44,117 nt of DNA, from positions 1 through 44,117 of IMG/VR virus record IMGVR_UViG_3300047479_000028; one strand, written 5' to 3'. A model generated the notes under the pieces. It ran no database searches. It was not told the origin of the DNA and saw only the letters and a list, made by a program, of their open reading frames with translations. Position 1 is the stretch's first letter; each line of letters opens with the position of its first letter. Shown here in pieces: positions 1 to 9,316 of this stretch. Source of the stretch: a virus (lineage: Duplodnaviria > Caudoviricetes). The position numbers and the translations under genes were made by a program.

Positions 1-436
1 AGATAATACATTGAAGGCTACTATTTCTGATTATATTGATCCTAGAGCTCAAATGAGTGCTTATATTAAGAAGAATGCAGTTGCTGATGCTATGAAGATT
101 CTAACTGACTCTATTGGAAGTGATTCATCTGTAGTTAGTAATCTAGATAGACTCTGGAAAGCGGCATTTGATGCTAAGTTTTCTAAAGACTCATTGAATC
201 GGATTCAATCCTTCTATCTTAGCAAAGCTAAGGGTGGATTGAAAAATGCAATTCTGAAGGCCAGAGCTGAGGCTCTAAAAGACTTAGCTCCACGAGCTAA
301 GCAAGAAGTAGAAGAAGAAATTGAAGAAGAAACTCCTCGTAAAAGAGGACCAATTGCTCCTGGGCGTCCATCTCAACCAAAGAAAAATGAGATGAAAAAA
401 GGTGAAAGTGTAGCTGATTTTTTTGCTAGAGATTAA
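1..436 (+). CDS. C-terminal part of putative capsid scaffolding protein (continues the ORF that runs off the right end of the window)
   Basis: Frame is open from position 2 (GAT AAT ACA TTG...). Helical, charged sequence ending ...GESVADFFARD, lying just upstream of the capsid gene. Joins in frame with the ORF starting at 43375 if the window is circularised. Confidence 0.7.
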   Translation, partial: DNTLKATISDYIDPRAQMSAYIKKNAVADAMKILTDSIGSDSSVVSNLDRLWKAAFDAKFSKDSLNRIQSFYLSKAKGGLKNAILKARAEALKDLAPRAKQEVEEEIEEETPRKRGPIAPGRPSQPKKNEMKKGESVADFFARD

Positions 437-438
437 AT

Positions 439-891
439 ATGGATATTAAAGATATTTATTGGGTTTCTGGTATTCTAGAAGGAGAAGGGCATTTTGGTTA
501 TTATAATGCCCCAAGAATTCATCTAAAGATGACAGATAGAGATGTTGTAGAAAAAGTAAAATTAATTATGAATGTTAATGTTAGTATTGGTGAGCAGAGT
601 AGAAGTGGCTGGAAGACTTGTTATATCCTTGCAGTAAATAGTCATCAAGCTATAGGTTGGATGATGACTTTGTATCCCTTGATGTCTGCTCGAAGAAAAG
701 AGCAAATTAAAGAAGTCCTCTCCAACTGGAGAAATGCAAAATCTCACAACGGTTTTACTATAGCAACTGGTAAAGCCTTAATTCGAGCAATAGCTCGGAA
801 GCATGCTATTCCACAGCATGAAGCTAAACGTGGACTTTACAGTGGAAAATATGTAACAGATTTATCAACAAACAGAACTTATATCGGTTAG
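439..891 (+). CDS. Free-standing single-motif LAGLIDADG-type homing endonuclease
   Basis: N-terminal DIYWVSGILEGEGHF matches the LAGLIDADG helix, followed by IHLKMTDRDVVEKV and LYPLMSARRKEQI. Inserted between scaffold and capsid genes. Confidence 0.75.
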   Translation: MDIKDIYWVSGILEGEGHFGYYNAPRIHLKMTDRDVVEKVKLIMNVNVSIGEQSRSGWKTCYILAVNSHQAIGWMMTLYPLMSARRKEQIKEVLSNWRNAKSHNGFTIATGKALIRAIARKHAIPQHEAKRGLYSGKYVTDLSTNRTYIG

Positions 892-914
892 GAGATTGTT
901 GAAATGAGGAAAAC

Positions 915-2168
915 ATGCCAGGCGCAGTAGTCGAAAGCGTGGTAGCAGGCACGGAATTAGAACGTGTTTTGCCAAAAGTTACCACTGTCTTCGAGTCTGA
1001 CGACACTTTTTTTGGTAATATTAAGAAAAGAGATGTTGAAGTAGTTTCATATCGTGAAATGCGCGCACCAATGGAATTGCGTCCTGGTGGTCGTTTCCAG
1101 TATTTTAATCCTGATGGTGGAGATATGGGAAGGGGCGGCGGTCCTACTTGGGATAAAGCCGTCCTTCGACCTGTTTTTCTATCTGAAAATATTGAATATA
1201 CAAAATTAACTCAGTGGTCTACTGATGACCGCCGGAAGTCTGTAATTAATGCTGTTCGTCGTTTAACGGCAGGAGCTACCGTTGAAATGAAGCGGCAGCT
1301 TGATGCACAATTACAGCAATCTGGAACAGGTCAAATTGGAACTATTTCTACTGTTAGTACTAGTGGTGGTGTAGATACATATGTTTTGACAACTGCATTT
1401 GGAGCGCGTCTTGTTCGATATGATCAGGTTGTTCAGGTCTATGATTCTACATTAGCTACATATCGTGGTAAAGGTGTTATTACTTTCTGGGATGTTGAGA
1501 ATAAGACTATTAGTGTTACTCCTGCTATTGCTGGTGCTGTTGCAACAGATGTTCTAGTTGTTGATGGTATTTCTAATCCTACTGCTCTTCCGGCTCTGTA
1601 TGGTGTTCCATATCATCACAGTAATGCTTCTACTGGTACTTGGCTAGGATATGATAGAGCGACTACTCCAGAAATTCGTTCAAATCGAGTTAATGGTGGT
1701 AGTTCTGCTCTAACACTTCCCTTGCCACGTTTAGCAATTAATAAGATTGGTAATCGTGTTGGTATTGATAATAATTTTGATCCCCAAGCTTGGACACATC
1801 CCTGTCAAGCACAGGCTTATGAAGAGATTGGACAGCTAGTTTCAATTATTCATAAGGCTCCAAAAGATGAGGCCCTTAATCTTTATTTTGGAGATAATAT
1901 GCAGCTTGCTGGTGCTCCTATCAAGCAGCATTTTAATTGGAATAAAACTCGTATTGATTTTGTTGTTAGTTCTGTTTGGGGTAGAGCAGAGATTCTTCCC
2001 ATTGGATTTTACACATCTGATGGCCGTCGAATCTTTGAACTACGTGGTTCTTCTGGTGGTGTTGCTGCGGCTGATATTTTCTATATGGTGGTTGGATTTC
2101 AGACTTTCGTACTGAATCCGGCTGCTACTGCATATATTGATTCTCTTGCAGTTCCTTCTGGATATTAA
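915..2168 (+). CDS. Major capsid protein (HK97-like fold inferred)
   Basis: 417 aa with RBS GAGGA upstream; follows portal and scaffold; central Thr/Gly/Val-rich insertion-like region; C-terminal FYMVVGFQTFVLNPAATAYIDSL resembles capsid P-domain ends. Confidence 0.8.
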   Translation: MPGAVVESVVAGTELERVLPKVTTVFESDDTFFGNIKKRDVEVVSYREMRAPMELRPGGRFQYFNPDGGDMGRGGGPTWDKAVLRPVFLSENIEYTKLTQWSTDDRRKSVINAVRRLTAGATVEMKRQLDAQLQQSGTGQIGTISTVSTSGGVDTYVLTTAFGARLVRYDQVVQVYDSTLATYRGKGVITFWDVENKTISVTPAIAGAVATDVLVVDGISNPTALPALYGVPYHHSNASTGTWLGYDRATTPEIRSNRVNGGSSALTLPLPRLAINKIGNRVGIDNNFDPQAWTHPCQAQAYEEIGQLVSIIHKAPKDEALNLYFGDNMQLAGAPIKQHFNWNKTRIDFVVSSVWGRAEILPIGFYTSDGRRIFELRGSSGGVAAADIFYMVVGFQTFVLNPAATAYIDSLAVPSGY

Positions 2169-2180
2169 GGAGAAATAAAA

Positions 2181-2516
2181 ATGAGTGATGCACTCTTTCA
2201 GAATATTTCTACTGTTCAAAGCGATAAGCAGCCTCTTCCAGTTCAAATGAGTGCTGCTGCAACTATTGCTCCTATCACTTTTCTTACAGTTCTAACTGGT
2301 AATACTCCCGTCGCTACTATTACACCTCCTGTTACTGGTGCTCATGCTCTAGTTATTGTTCCTGGAACAACTACTGGATTCACAAGTACTGGTAATATTG
2401 TTGGTGGAACAACTACAGTTAGTGGACGTGCTTATATGTTTATTTACAATCCTGTTAAAGATTTTGCTTACACGACTGGTGGGCATTACTTCTTAGTTTC
2501 TTCAACAACTAGCTAG
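2181..2516 (+). CDS. Putative capsid decoration/cement protein
   Basis: Small Thr/Gly/Val-rich beta-type protein directly after the MCP; strong RBS AAGGAG. Confidence 0.5.
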   Translation: MSDALFQNISTVQSDKQPLPVQMSAAATIAPITFLTVLTGNTPVATITPPVTGAHALVIVPGTTTGFTSTGNIVGGTTTVSGRAYMFIYNPVKDFAYTTGGHYFLVSSTTS

Positions 2517-2524
2517 AGTCTCAC

Positions 2525-2562
2525 TGTGTAGGATGTTAGAAGAAATTTTAGCATCCTACACA
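2525..2562. terminator. Intergenic stem-loop (terminator or mRNA processing/stability element)
   Basis: TGTGTAGGATGTTAGA ... TTTAGCATCCTACACA inverted repeat between the capsid pair and the GT gene; no clear U-tract on the + strand. Confidence 0.6.
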
Positions 2563-2578
2563 ATAAAAGGAAACTTCT

Positions 2579-3295
2579 GTGATTTCAGAAAAGAAAATTT
2601 TCTTAGCTGTTCCTACTGGTGAAAGAGCAAGGAATGCTGATTTCTATGATTATTACAATACTCTCATTAGACCCGAAGGAACTATTTGTTCATTTGCGCA
2701 TGGACAATCACCAGCTAAGAATAGAAATGAAATGATTGCTCTTGCACAGAAAACTGATTGCACTCATATTTTCTTTCTAGATGATGATATGGCTCCGGCT
2801 CCTGATATTTTAATGAAATTAATGATTCATAATGTAGATATTGTTTCTGCTCTTTATTTATCAAGAAATTATCCACATTTACCTATTTTCTTCGATACTG
2901 CTTATCATAATGGATTATGTAAATATTCTTTCTTAACACCAGAAAAATCTGGTTTACAAAAAGGAGTCAATTGTGGATTTGGTTGTGTCCTCATTGACTT
3001 AAAAGTTTTCAAAGATTTAGAAAAACCATACGTTCGTCTTGGAGAAATTGTTAAAGACGAATGGTGTGATGACGTTGGATTCTTTAATAGAGTTAGAGCT
3101 GCTGGGTTTGAAATTTATTGCGACTTTGATGTTTTAGTTGGTCATAATCATAATATTACATTATTTCCAAAGAGATTAGAAAATGGTAGCTGGGTAACTG
3201 AATATAGAATAGGCGCTGGAGCTGTCACATTTCCTCAAGTGCTGCCTACTGATGATATTATCGAACAACAAGTTAATGAGTTAGTAAATGTTTAA
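2579..3295 (+). CDS. Glycosyltransferase family 2 (GT-A fold)
   Basis: IFLAVPT first strand, SPAKNRNEM, THIFFLDDDM (DXD), CGFGCVLI, DDVGFFNRV and terminal VGH motifs. GTG start. Confidence 0.85.
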   Translation: MISEKKIFLAVPTGERARNADFYDYYNTLIRPEGTICSFAHGQSPAKNRNEMIALAQKTDCTHIFFLDDDMAPAPDILMKLMIHNVDIVSALYLSRNYPHLPIFFDTAYHNGLCKYSFLTPEKSGLQKGVNCGFGCVLIDLKVFKDLEKPYVRLGEIVKDEWCDDVGFFNRVRAAGFEIYCDFDVLVGHNHNITLFPKRLENGSWVTEYRIGAGAVTFPQVLPTDDIIEQQVNELVNV

Positions 3296-3340
3296 TTCTC
3301 TGGCAGCTTTGCTGCTGGTTCTGGTGAACTGGAGAAAAGA

Positions 3341-4345
3341 ATGATTCCAAACGTTTGGGGAAAGCTTCGAACTCTTAATGATAATGGAGTATTAGATGCT
3401 CTAACATTCGCTGTAACAATGGGAGGTATTGTTTATTATGTAGATTATACAAATGGAGATGACTCTCTTGATGGCTTGAGCATTGGTACAGCAGTTAAGA
3501 ATCTATCTACAGCTTATGGTCTTCTTCGTACAGGAAAACATGATTGTATTGTTCTAGTTTCTGATCCCTCTACTACTGCTAAATGCACAGTTAGAGTTGA
3601 TTCTGCATTTACTTGGGATAAAGCTGCTACTCATTTAATTGGTCAAGCTTCTCCACTTGTATATGGTCAGAGAGCTAGAGTAGCTCCTACTCCTTCTACT
3701 ACTGCATTTGCTAATTTCTTTACTGTTAGTGCTTCTGGTTGTATGTTTATTAATATTGAATGGTTCCAGGGATTCACGGTGGGTATTGCTGGAACTGAAA
3801 TTGGTATGACAGTTACTGGTTCCCGCAATTATTTTAAGAATTGCCAGATTGTTGGTATGGCTGATACTGATGCTGGTTCTGCTGCTGGCACTGGTTCTAG
3901 GCATCTTAAAATTGGTTCTGCTGGTTCTGGTGAGAATCTATTTGAAGATTGTGTTATTGGAGAGGATACTGTTTCTCGCTCTGTTGCTAATGCCAGTGTT
4001 GAATTCGCTGGTGGAACTCCTAGAAATGTTTTTCGCCGTTGCATTTTTCCAATTTATGCAACTAATGCTGGTGTTTTAGGTATTCTAGGAACTGGTAATG
4101 CTTGTGTTGATAGATTTAATGAATTTAGAGATTGCACATTTACTAATGCTATTAAGTCTGCTGCTACTCAAATGACTGTGTTGGGTAGTTTCACTACAGC
4201 TTCTCCTGGTGGAGCAATCATTTTTAGTGGTTGGTGCTTTAGTATTGGATCTACTAAACTTGGTGATACTAATTTTCTTGCTAACTCCTATGTTTGCGGT
4301 CCTGCTGTTAATAGTGGTGCATTTTTGGGCATTGTTCCTGCTTAA
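3341..4345 (+). CDS. Right-handed beta-helix (pectin-lyase-like) virion protein; spike or head fibre candidate
   Basis: YYVDYTNGDDSLDGLSIGTAVKNLSTA N-terminal motif and repeated NxFxxC coils (NYFKNC, NLFEDC, NVFRRC, NEFRDC). Confidence 0.7.
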   Translation: MIPNVWGKLRTLNDNGVLDALTFAVTMGGIVYYVDYTNGDDSLDGLSIGTAVKNLSTAYGLLRTGKHDCIVLVSDPSTTAKCTVRVDSAFTWDKAATHLIGQASPLVYGQRARVAPTPSTTAFANFFTVSASGCMFINIEWFQGFTVGIAGTEIGMTVTGSRNYFKNCQIVGMADTDAGSAAGTGSRHLKIGSAGSGENLFEDCVIGEDTVSRSVANASVEFAGGTPRNVFRRCIFPIYATNAGVLGILGTGNACVDRFNEFRDCTFTNAIKSAATQMTVLGSFTTASPGGAIIFSGWCFSIGSTKLGDTNFLANSYVCGPAVNSGAFLGIVPA

Positions 4346-4353
4346 TAACGAGT

Positions 4354-4460
4354 TGAGCCGCTCTAGGTGGGAGCATTCTAAATCCATTAGGGCAAAGTCG
4401 AAGGGGACCACTGCTTCGGCGTTGCTGCTAGGAATGGAATGACTAGAGCGGCTCATTTTT
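4354..4460 (+). ncRNA. ~100-nt rod-like structured RNA element followed by a U-tract (large terminator, processing site or sRNA)
   Basis: Perfect 13-bp closing stem TGAGCCGCTCTAG/CTAGAGCGGCTCA; inner helices CCAT/ATGG, TAG/CTA and GGCAAAGTCGAAG/CTTCGGCGTTGCT; G-U pairs fit the + strand; T5 follows. Confidence 0.5.
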
Positions 4461-4468
4461 GAGGTTTT

Positions 4469-5002
4469 ATGGAGCTACGAGAAACAATTGAGTCAATTAA
4501 TTATAAATTAGTGAAAGAGTTTGGTAAAGAACTTAATGGTGCTCCTAAATTTAGAGTAGTCTTCTCAGAAGATCAATATGAAAAAAGATGGACATCCTTC
4601 ACTTATGATGGTTTTGAATTACTTCAACCAGAAGTTAGACTTTTACCTAAATATAAACAATTCATTCATGAGAAATATATTCTTGAACGTTTAATTCCCA
4701 TTATTGGTGAAACTGATCTAGTAGATAAAGTCTCTTATGAACCTGCTTGGGTCTTTCAAGATAAAAATCAGAATTATCTTCCCCCTTTTTTTGAGGGTTG
4801 TAGATTTGTAATTGAATCTATGTATGAAGCTATGGGTATGAAAGGTCATGTTAAATATAGAGATCCTTTAGTTAGCGAAGAACAGAGATTAGAACAAATT
4901 AAGAAGGTTGAACAGGAACTATTTGGTAATGAGACGGATCTTGCAGACAATCTCCATTATGGTAGCGGAGTTGGTTTTACAGCAAGCAAACTTCTGCATT
5001 AA
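4469..5002 (+). CDS. Hypothetical protein (head module)
   Basis: 177-aa ORF with RBS GAGG, in operon. Confidence 0.75.
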   Translation: MELRETIESINYKLVKEFGKELNGAPKFRVVFSEDQYEKRWTSFTYDGFELLQPEVRLLPKYKQFIHEKYILERLIPIIGETDLVDKVSYEPAWVFQDKNQNYLPPFFEGCRFVIESMYEAMGMKGHVKYRDPLVSEEQRLEQIKKVEQELFGNETDLADNLHYGSGVGFTASKLLH

Positions 5003-5020
5003 GCAGAAAAGGATTGATCA

Positions 5021-5716
5021 ATGGAAGAATTTAGACAAGTAGCAGAGTTTCCTAGTAACAAAGAACGACTTGTTAGAGCTACTAGGAATCCAATGGATAA
5101 ATGTACTATCGTATCTATCTTTCCAAGGGATATTCTTGATGAAATTAAACATACTATCTATCCTGGAAAGTTTGAAATTCCAGCCGGAACGTATGAACAT
5201 CCTAGTCTTTTAGTTGTTGGTTCTAGCTCTTGGTGGAATAAATTTGACTCTGAAAAGCCAGCAATTGAAATTGTCAATTCTTCAATTCAAGTTGCTGAGT
5301 CTGTCATTAAAGATTATTGTAATGGTATTTTAGGTTGCAATATGGAGGATTCTATGCCTGGATTGTTCTTCGTTCTTGGAGAACATAATGTTTTAGATAT
5401 TAAAACTAAATACAAGACTAAACTCGATGAAACTAAAGCTAAGCAAGATAATTGGTATAAAGTTCTAGTTCGTCTTGCTGACTCTCTTTGGGCTAGAGGG
5501 AATGGCAATCCACTAGTTATTTGGGATATGATGAGATTAGCCGCAAAGTCATTGAATTTCAATGATAAACCTTGGCTCAAAGATTTCAAGACTGTTGAGC
5601 TTATTAAGTGTAAGGCTTGCGGTGGCTTAAAAGATCCTGAATACCCAGTTTGTCCTTCTTGTAAGTCTATTGATACTGCTCATCCATTGGCAAAGGAATT
5701 GAAGTTTGCAGTTTAG
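5021..5716 (+). CDS. Hypothetical protein with C-terminal C4 zinc ribbon
   Basis: CKACGG...CPSC near the C-terminus; RBS AAGGA. Confidence 0.75.
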   Translation: MEEFRQVAEFPSNKERLVRATRNPMDKCTIVSIFPRDILDEIKHTIYPGKFEIPAGTYEHPSLLVVGSSSWWNKFDSEKPAIEIVNSSIQVAESVIKDYCNGILGCNMEDSMPGLFFVLGEHNVLDIKTKYKTKLDETKAKQDNWYKVLVRLADSLWARGNGNPLVIWDMMRLAAKSLNFNDKPWLKDFKTVELIKCKACGGLKDPEYPVCPSCKSIDTAHPLAKELKFAV

Positions 5717-5724
5717 GAAAACGA

Positions 5725-6081
5725 ATGGCAGTAACAAGTTCTAGAAGCGTACAAATTCAATTTTCAGGAGATATTACTACTGAAGTAATCAAGTCTGCTG
5801 ATGATAATGCTGCATCTCCTGGAATGGAAGTTGTTCAGACTCTAGCTTCAGGAGCTAATACAATAACGGCTCCTGTAGTAAGTGGCATTACTGTTAAAGC
5901 TCTGACAATTATCCCTCCTAGTGCTAATACAGCTACAATAACTCTTAAAGGAATTACTGGAGATACTGGAGTGCCCCTCCATTTAACTGATCCCACTTCT
6001 ATTGGATTAGCAAGTACATTCACTAGTTTAGTAATTACCGCTTCCACTACAATTATAGGAGTTAGATTCATTTGGAGTTGA
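5725..6081 (+). CDS. Small beta-rich putative structural protein
   Basis: Thr/Ser/Ile-rich 118 aa; RBS AGGA. Confidence 0.6.
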   Translation: MAVTSSRSVQIQFSGDITTEVIKSADDNAASPGMEVVQTLASGANTITAPVVSGITVKALTIIPPSANTATITLKGITGDTGVPLHLTDPTSIGLASTFTSLVITASTTIIGVRFIWS

Positions 6082-6084
6082 ACT

Positions 6085-6780
6085 GTGCCCAAACCAAGTG
6101 AAATAATCACTGCTACTGCTAATTTAATGAATGATTCTTCACAGAGTCTATATACTAATACTGTCTGTCTACCACTATTAAATCTAGCTCTAGATGAATT
6201 ACAAGAAACCTACGAGCAGAATGATCTTCCAATTACTAATGAGACTAGTGCAGCTATTAAAATCATTTCTGGAGTAGGAAAGATAGGATTTGATACTACT
6301 CCAGCATTACCATCTCATTTGATTGAAATCTTACAGCTATGGGAATCTACTACTGGATTAAATCAGTGGGTTCCTATGATTAAAAAAGACTTCATTCCCC
6401 ATTATTTACAAGATAATACTACTATTTCTCAATTTCTGATTTGGGCATGGAAAGATGATCATATCGAACTTATTCCAGCTAATGCTGACAACGACTTAAA
6501 AATTGACTTTATTGGTTCAATTTTCAATACTCCTATTGTAATTGCTAATATTGATGTGAATCTTCCATTTACTAATATTAAAACATACTTAGAATATAAG
6601 ACTGCTGCTCTATGTGCTATGTTCTTTGCTGAAAATGAATCTAGAGCAATGGCTCTTGATAGTCTTGCTGGAACAGCATTATCAAGAGCACTTGGTATTC
6701 CAATCAAAGGAATGCAGTCTGTTGTTACTCGTCGTAGACCATTTAGACACTCCTTTAAAAATAGAGGAGTGAGTTACTAG
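6085..6780 (+). CDS. Putative head-tail adaptor (P22 gp4 / T7 gp11-like)
   Basis: N-terminal helices (LPLLNLALDELQE), central LPS motif and beta region, C-terminal helices (YLEYKTAALCA); directly precedes the nozzle gene. GTG start with GGAG. Confidence 0.6.
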   Translation: MPKPSEIITATANLMNDSSQSLYTNTVCLPLLNLALDELQETYEQNDLPITNETSAAIKIISGVGKIGFDTTPALPSHLIEILQLWESTTGLNQWVPMIKKDFIPHYLQDNTTISQFLIWAWKDDHIELIPANADNDLKIDFIGSIFNTPIVIANIDVNLPFTNIKTYLEYKTAALCAMFFAENESRAMALDSLAGTALSRALGIPIKGMQSVVTRRRPFRHSFKNRGVSY

Positions 6781-6782
6781 TT

Positions 6783-8303
6783 ATGTCTCCAGTTAGAGAC
6801 CATTCTGGATTAGTAATTGATAAATTCAATGGCCTTTGGGATAGAGGTGACGTAGACTCTACTCCATCTGATCATTTTAGAGATTGTAATAATATCCGCT
6901 ATATAGCATCAAGTTCCTTTGGGACAAGACCTGGAATTGGAATTAGTCAAGATGTTCTTGTTCCACTTAGTGATATTAAAAGAATTTATAATTATCCTAC
7001 TCAAACCGCTAACACTTTAATTGTTCTAGTAATCAACGCTAGTAATGGAAATGGAGATATATATCATGTAGTTAATTCAACTACTGTTTATGGTCCTCTA
7101 TTATCTATTGCAGGAATGACGGATTTTGCATTTGTATCCTATGCTGGTAGAGGATATATTAGTCCATTTTCAGATTATACTAATGGTGATTTAACATTCC
7201 AAAAAGGATTATCCGGTGAATTTTTATACGTTTATAATGGTGATGGTACTGCTGCTAGAAAAGCTGCTGGTTCTGGATTAACTGGAACAATGACTGTTGC
7301 TAATGGTGCAGCAGGTCACACAGATCCTGGAATACATTTATTTGGCTTTGTATCTGAGACAGACACAGGTTATTTAGCTCCACCTGGATTATTAACACAA
7401 TTTATTACTGGTGCTGGTTCTTCAGTAAGTTTTGGCTCTGTTGATGTTAGTGGGGATGCTCATGTAGTTAAAAGACACTTAGTAGCTACTAAAGCATTAC
7501 CAACATTTAATGGAGATTTGCAAGGCTATCAATATTTTTTTGTTCCCAATGCTACCATTGCAGATAATACAACTACAGCATTGAATAATATCTCTTTTTA
7601 TGATGCTGATCTCCTTGAGGATGCTAGTCATTTATTTGATAATTACACTGAAATTCCGGCAGGAGCAGTATTGAGCATCTATCGGAATAGGTTAATCCTA
7701 GCGGATACTTTCACTGATATCAGCCTTGTTTTAGTTAGTGAAATTGGAGAACCTGAAGCAATTAGTCAAATCGATGGTTTATTAATTGTTCCATTAGATG
7801 GAAATCCGATTACAAATGCACAAGAATTAAGAGATATTCTCTATGTCTTCAAGAGATCACGTACAGTTTCTTTTACAGATAATGGTGATGCTCCTAGTTC
7901 TTGGCCTCTTGTTCTGGTTGATAATGCTTTAGGGACGTGTGTTCATGGAATTGCAACCGTTTTGGATTCTGGTAGTTCAAGCGTTGATTTTCTTATTATT
8001 TGCAATTATCAAGGCATCAGTTTGTTCAATGGTCGTTTTGTTACTCCTGAATTATCTTGGAGAATTGAAAATTACTGGAGAGGATTAGATAGGAATGATT
8101 TTGGTAAGATTCAGATCATTAATGCACCTATTCAAAAGTGGATTCTAACTGTTCTTCCTACTGGAAATGTCCTTCTAGGAAACTATGCTAATGGTATGGA
8201 TACAAAAACTATTAGATGGTCACCTTGGTCATTTTTTATGGGAATAAATACCTTAGCTATTCAGAATATTGATGAGATTATTCTAGGAGCTGACTTAACT
8301 TAA
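6783..8303 (+). CDS. Tail nozzle / DNA-stabilisation protein (P22 gp10 / T7 gp12-like), beta-propeller part; lacks the usual C-terminus
   Basis: FNGL...DCNNIRY...TRPG N-terminus, YRNRLILA, VLVSEIGEPE, LYVFKRSR, LGTC, ELSWRIENYW and WSPW blade motifs typical of podovirus nozzle proteins. Confidence 0.7.
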   Translation: MSPVRDHSGLVIDKFNGLWDRGDVDSTPSDHFRDCNNIRYIASSSFGTRPGIGISQDVLVPLSDIKRIYNYPTQTANTLIVLVINASNGNGDIYHVVNSTTVYGPLLSIAGMTDFAFVSYAGRGYISPFSDYTNGDLTFQKGLSGEFLYVYNGDGTAARKAAGSGLTGTMTVANGAAGHTDPGIHLFGFVSETDTGYLAPPGLLTQFITGAGSSVSFGSVDVSGDAHVVKRHLVATKALPTFNGDLQGYQYFFVPNATIADNTTTALNNISFYDADLLEDASHLFDNYTEIPAGAVLSIYRNRLILADTFTDISLVLVSEIGEPEAISQIDGLLIVPLDGNPITNAQELRDILYVFKRSRTVSFTDNGDAPSSWPLVLVDNALGTCVHGIATVLDSGSSSVDFLIICNYQGISLFNGRFVTPELSWRIENYWRGLDRNDFGKIQIINAPIQKWILTVLPTGNVLLGNYANGMDTKTIRWSPWSFFMGINTLAIQNIDEIILGADLT

Positions 8304-9316
8304 TGGGAACTTTCGAGATTAAAGCTACTAGAATCTCTTCTGGAGCTACTCCTTATACTCCTGGTGGTAATCCTCCACCTGATCCAGGAGCAGATTGGAT
8401 AACTAGTGATAATGATACTGCTCAAAGTTTTATAGATGCTCTTTATAATGCTACTGCATTCTTACAAGCTTGGTGTACTGGAGCTGGTCCTAGTGCTTTC
8501 TCTCCTAATTTAGTATTAAATACTTTAGGATATTCTATTTATTTAGATGGATCTACTACCCCTATTACATTTTCTAGTTTACCAGCCGGATTTACTGTTC
8601 TAACTGCTACTCTTTCTGGAACTATAACTCCTAGCGGAATTGGAGCAGCTAGCTATCAATTAGCTAAAGGAACTGGAAGTCTAGGAACTGCTAATACTCC
8701 TACTTTTCCTTATACTATTTCTGCTGGCCTTCCAACTATGTTGGATCTCTATGCAGATGGATTTGGTATTAATGTAGCTATAAGTGCTGGTCCTGGTGAT
8801 GCTGAAAGTTTAGTTGTTTTTGATCTCAAAATATCTGGAACTTATGAAATTCAGAGATTTTCTTGGACTTTAGACAATCCAGAAACTAAAGTAACTCCTG
8901 GAACTAGTACTGCTCATTTTACATCAGCCGCTTCTGGTAGTGATCCAGCATTGGATTTTACTCGTATTAGTCAATATTTCATACAATATATTGATAATAC
9001 AGGAGTTGTTGCTACTGTTAATGTTCCATCAGGAAATATTAGTGTCCAAACAGGTGGTGCTCTTACATTTACTATTCCTAATGTTAATGGTGGAGATACT
9101 CCTCCAGTAATTATTATTGGAGGAATAGGAGATGGAACACAGTTCTCTGGTTCTATGCCATTAGGAGAGCTTTTAACTATATTCTTTACTAATGGAAGTG
9201 GAATTTATCGTCTTGTTACTGATAAAACTGATGATACATTATATGTTAATGGAACTCAAGCATTAATTAACGTTAAAATTCCAGATCCATTCATTAAAAC
9301 AGCATTTCTACCATGA
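8303..9316 (+). CDS. Beta-rich tail-associated protein whose last ~43 aa resemble the missing last blade/linker of the nozzle
   Basis: TAATG coupling to the nozzle gene; Gly/Ser/Thr-rich Ig-like body; C-terminus NGSGIYRLVTDKTDDTLY...IPDPFIKTAFLP. Confidence 0.6.
   Translation: MGTFEIKATRISSGATPYTPGGNPPPDPGADWITSDNDTAQSFIDALYNATAFLQAWCTGAGPSAFSPNLVLNTLGYSIYLDGSTTPITFSSLPAGFTVLTATLSGTITPSGIGAASYQLAKGTGSLGTANTPTFPYTISAGLPTMLDLYADGFGINVAISAGPGDAESLVVFDLKISGTYEIQRFSWTLDNPETKVTPGTSTAHFTSAASGSDPALDFTRISQYFIQYIDNTGVVATVNVPSGNISVQTGGALTFTIPNVNGGDTPPVIIIGGIGDGTQFSGSMPLGELLTIFFTNGSGIYRLVTDKTDDTLYVNGTQALINVKIPDPFIKTAFLP

Noticed and set aside
439-891. Group I intron or intein hosting the LAGLIDADG ORFs
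   Set aside because: Flanking genes appear intact and abut the ORFs; no room for an intron core and no intein terminal motifs.
4085-4456. ORFs 4085..4456 (-) and 4209..4442 (+), and other short antisense or alternative-frame ORFs inside long genes
   Set aside because: They overlap well-supported genes or the RNA hairpin, lack an RBS and have shadow-frame composition.
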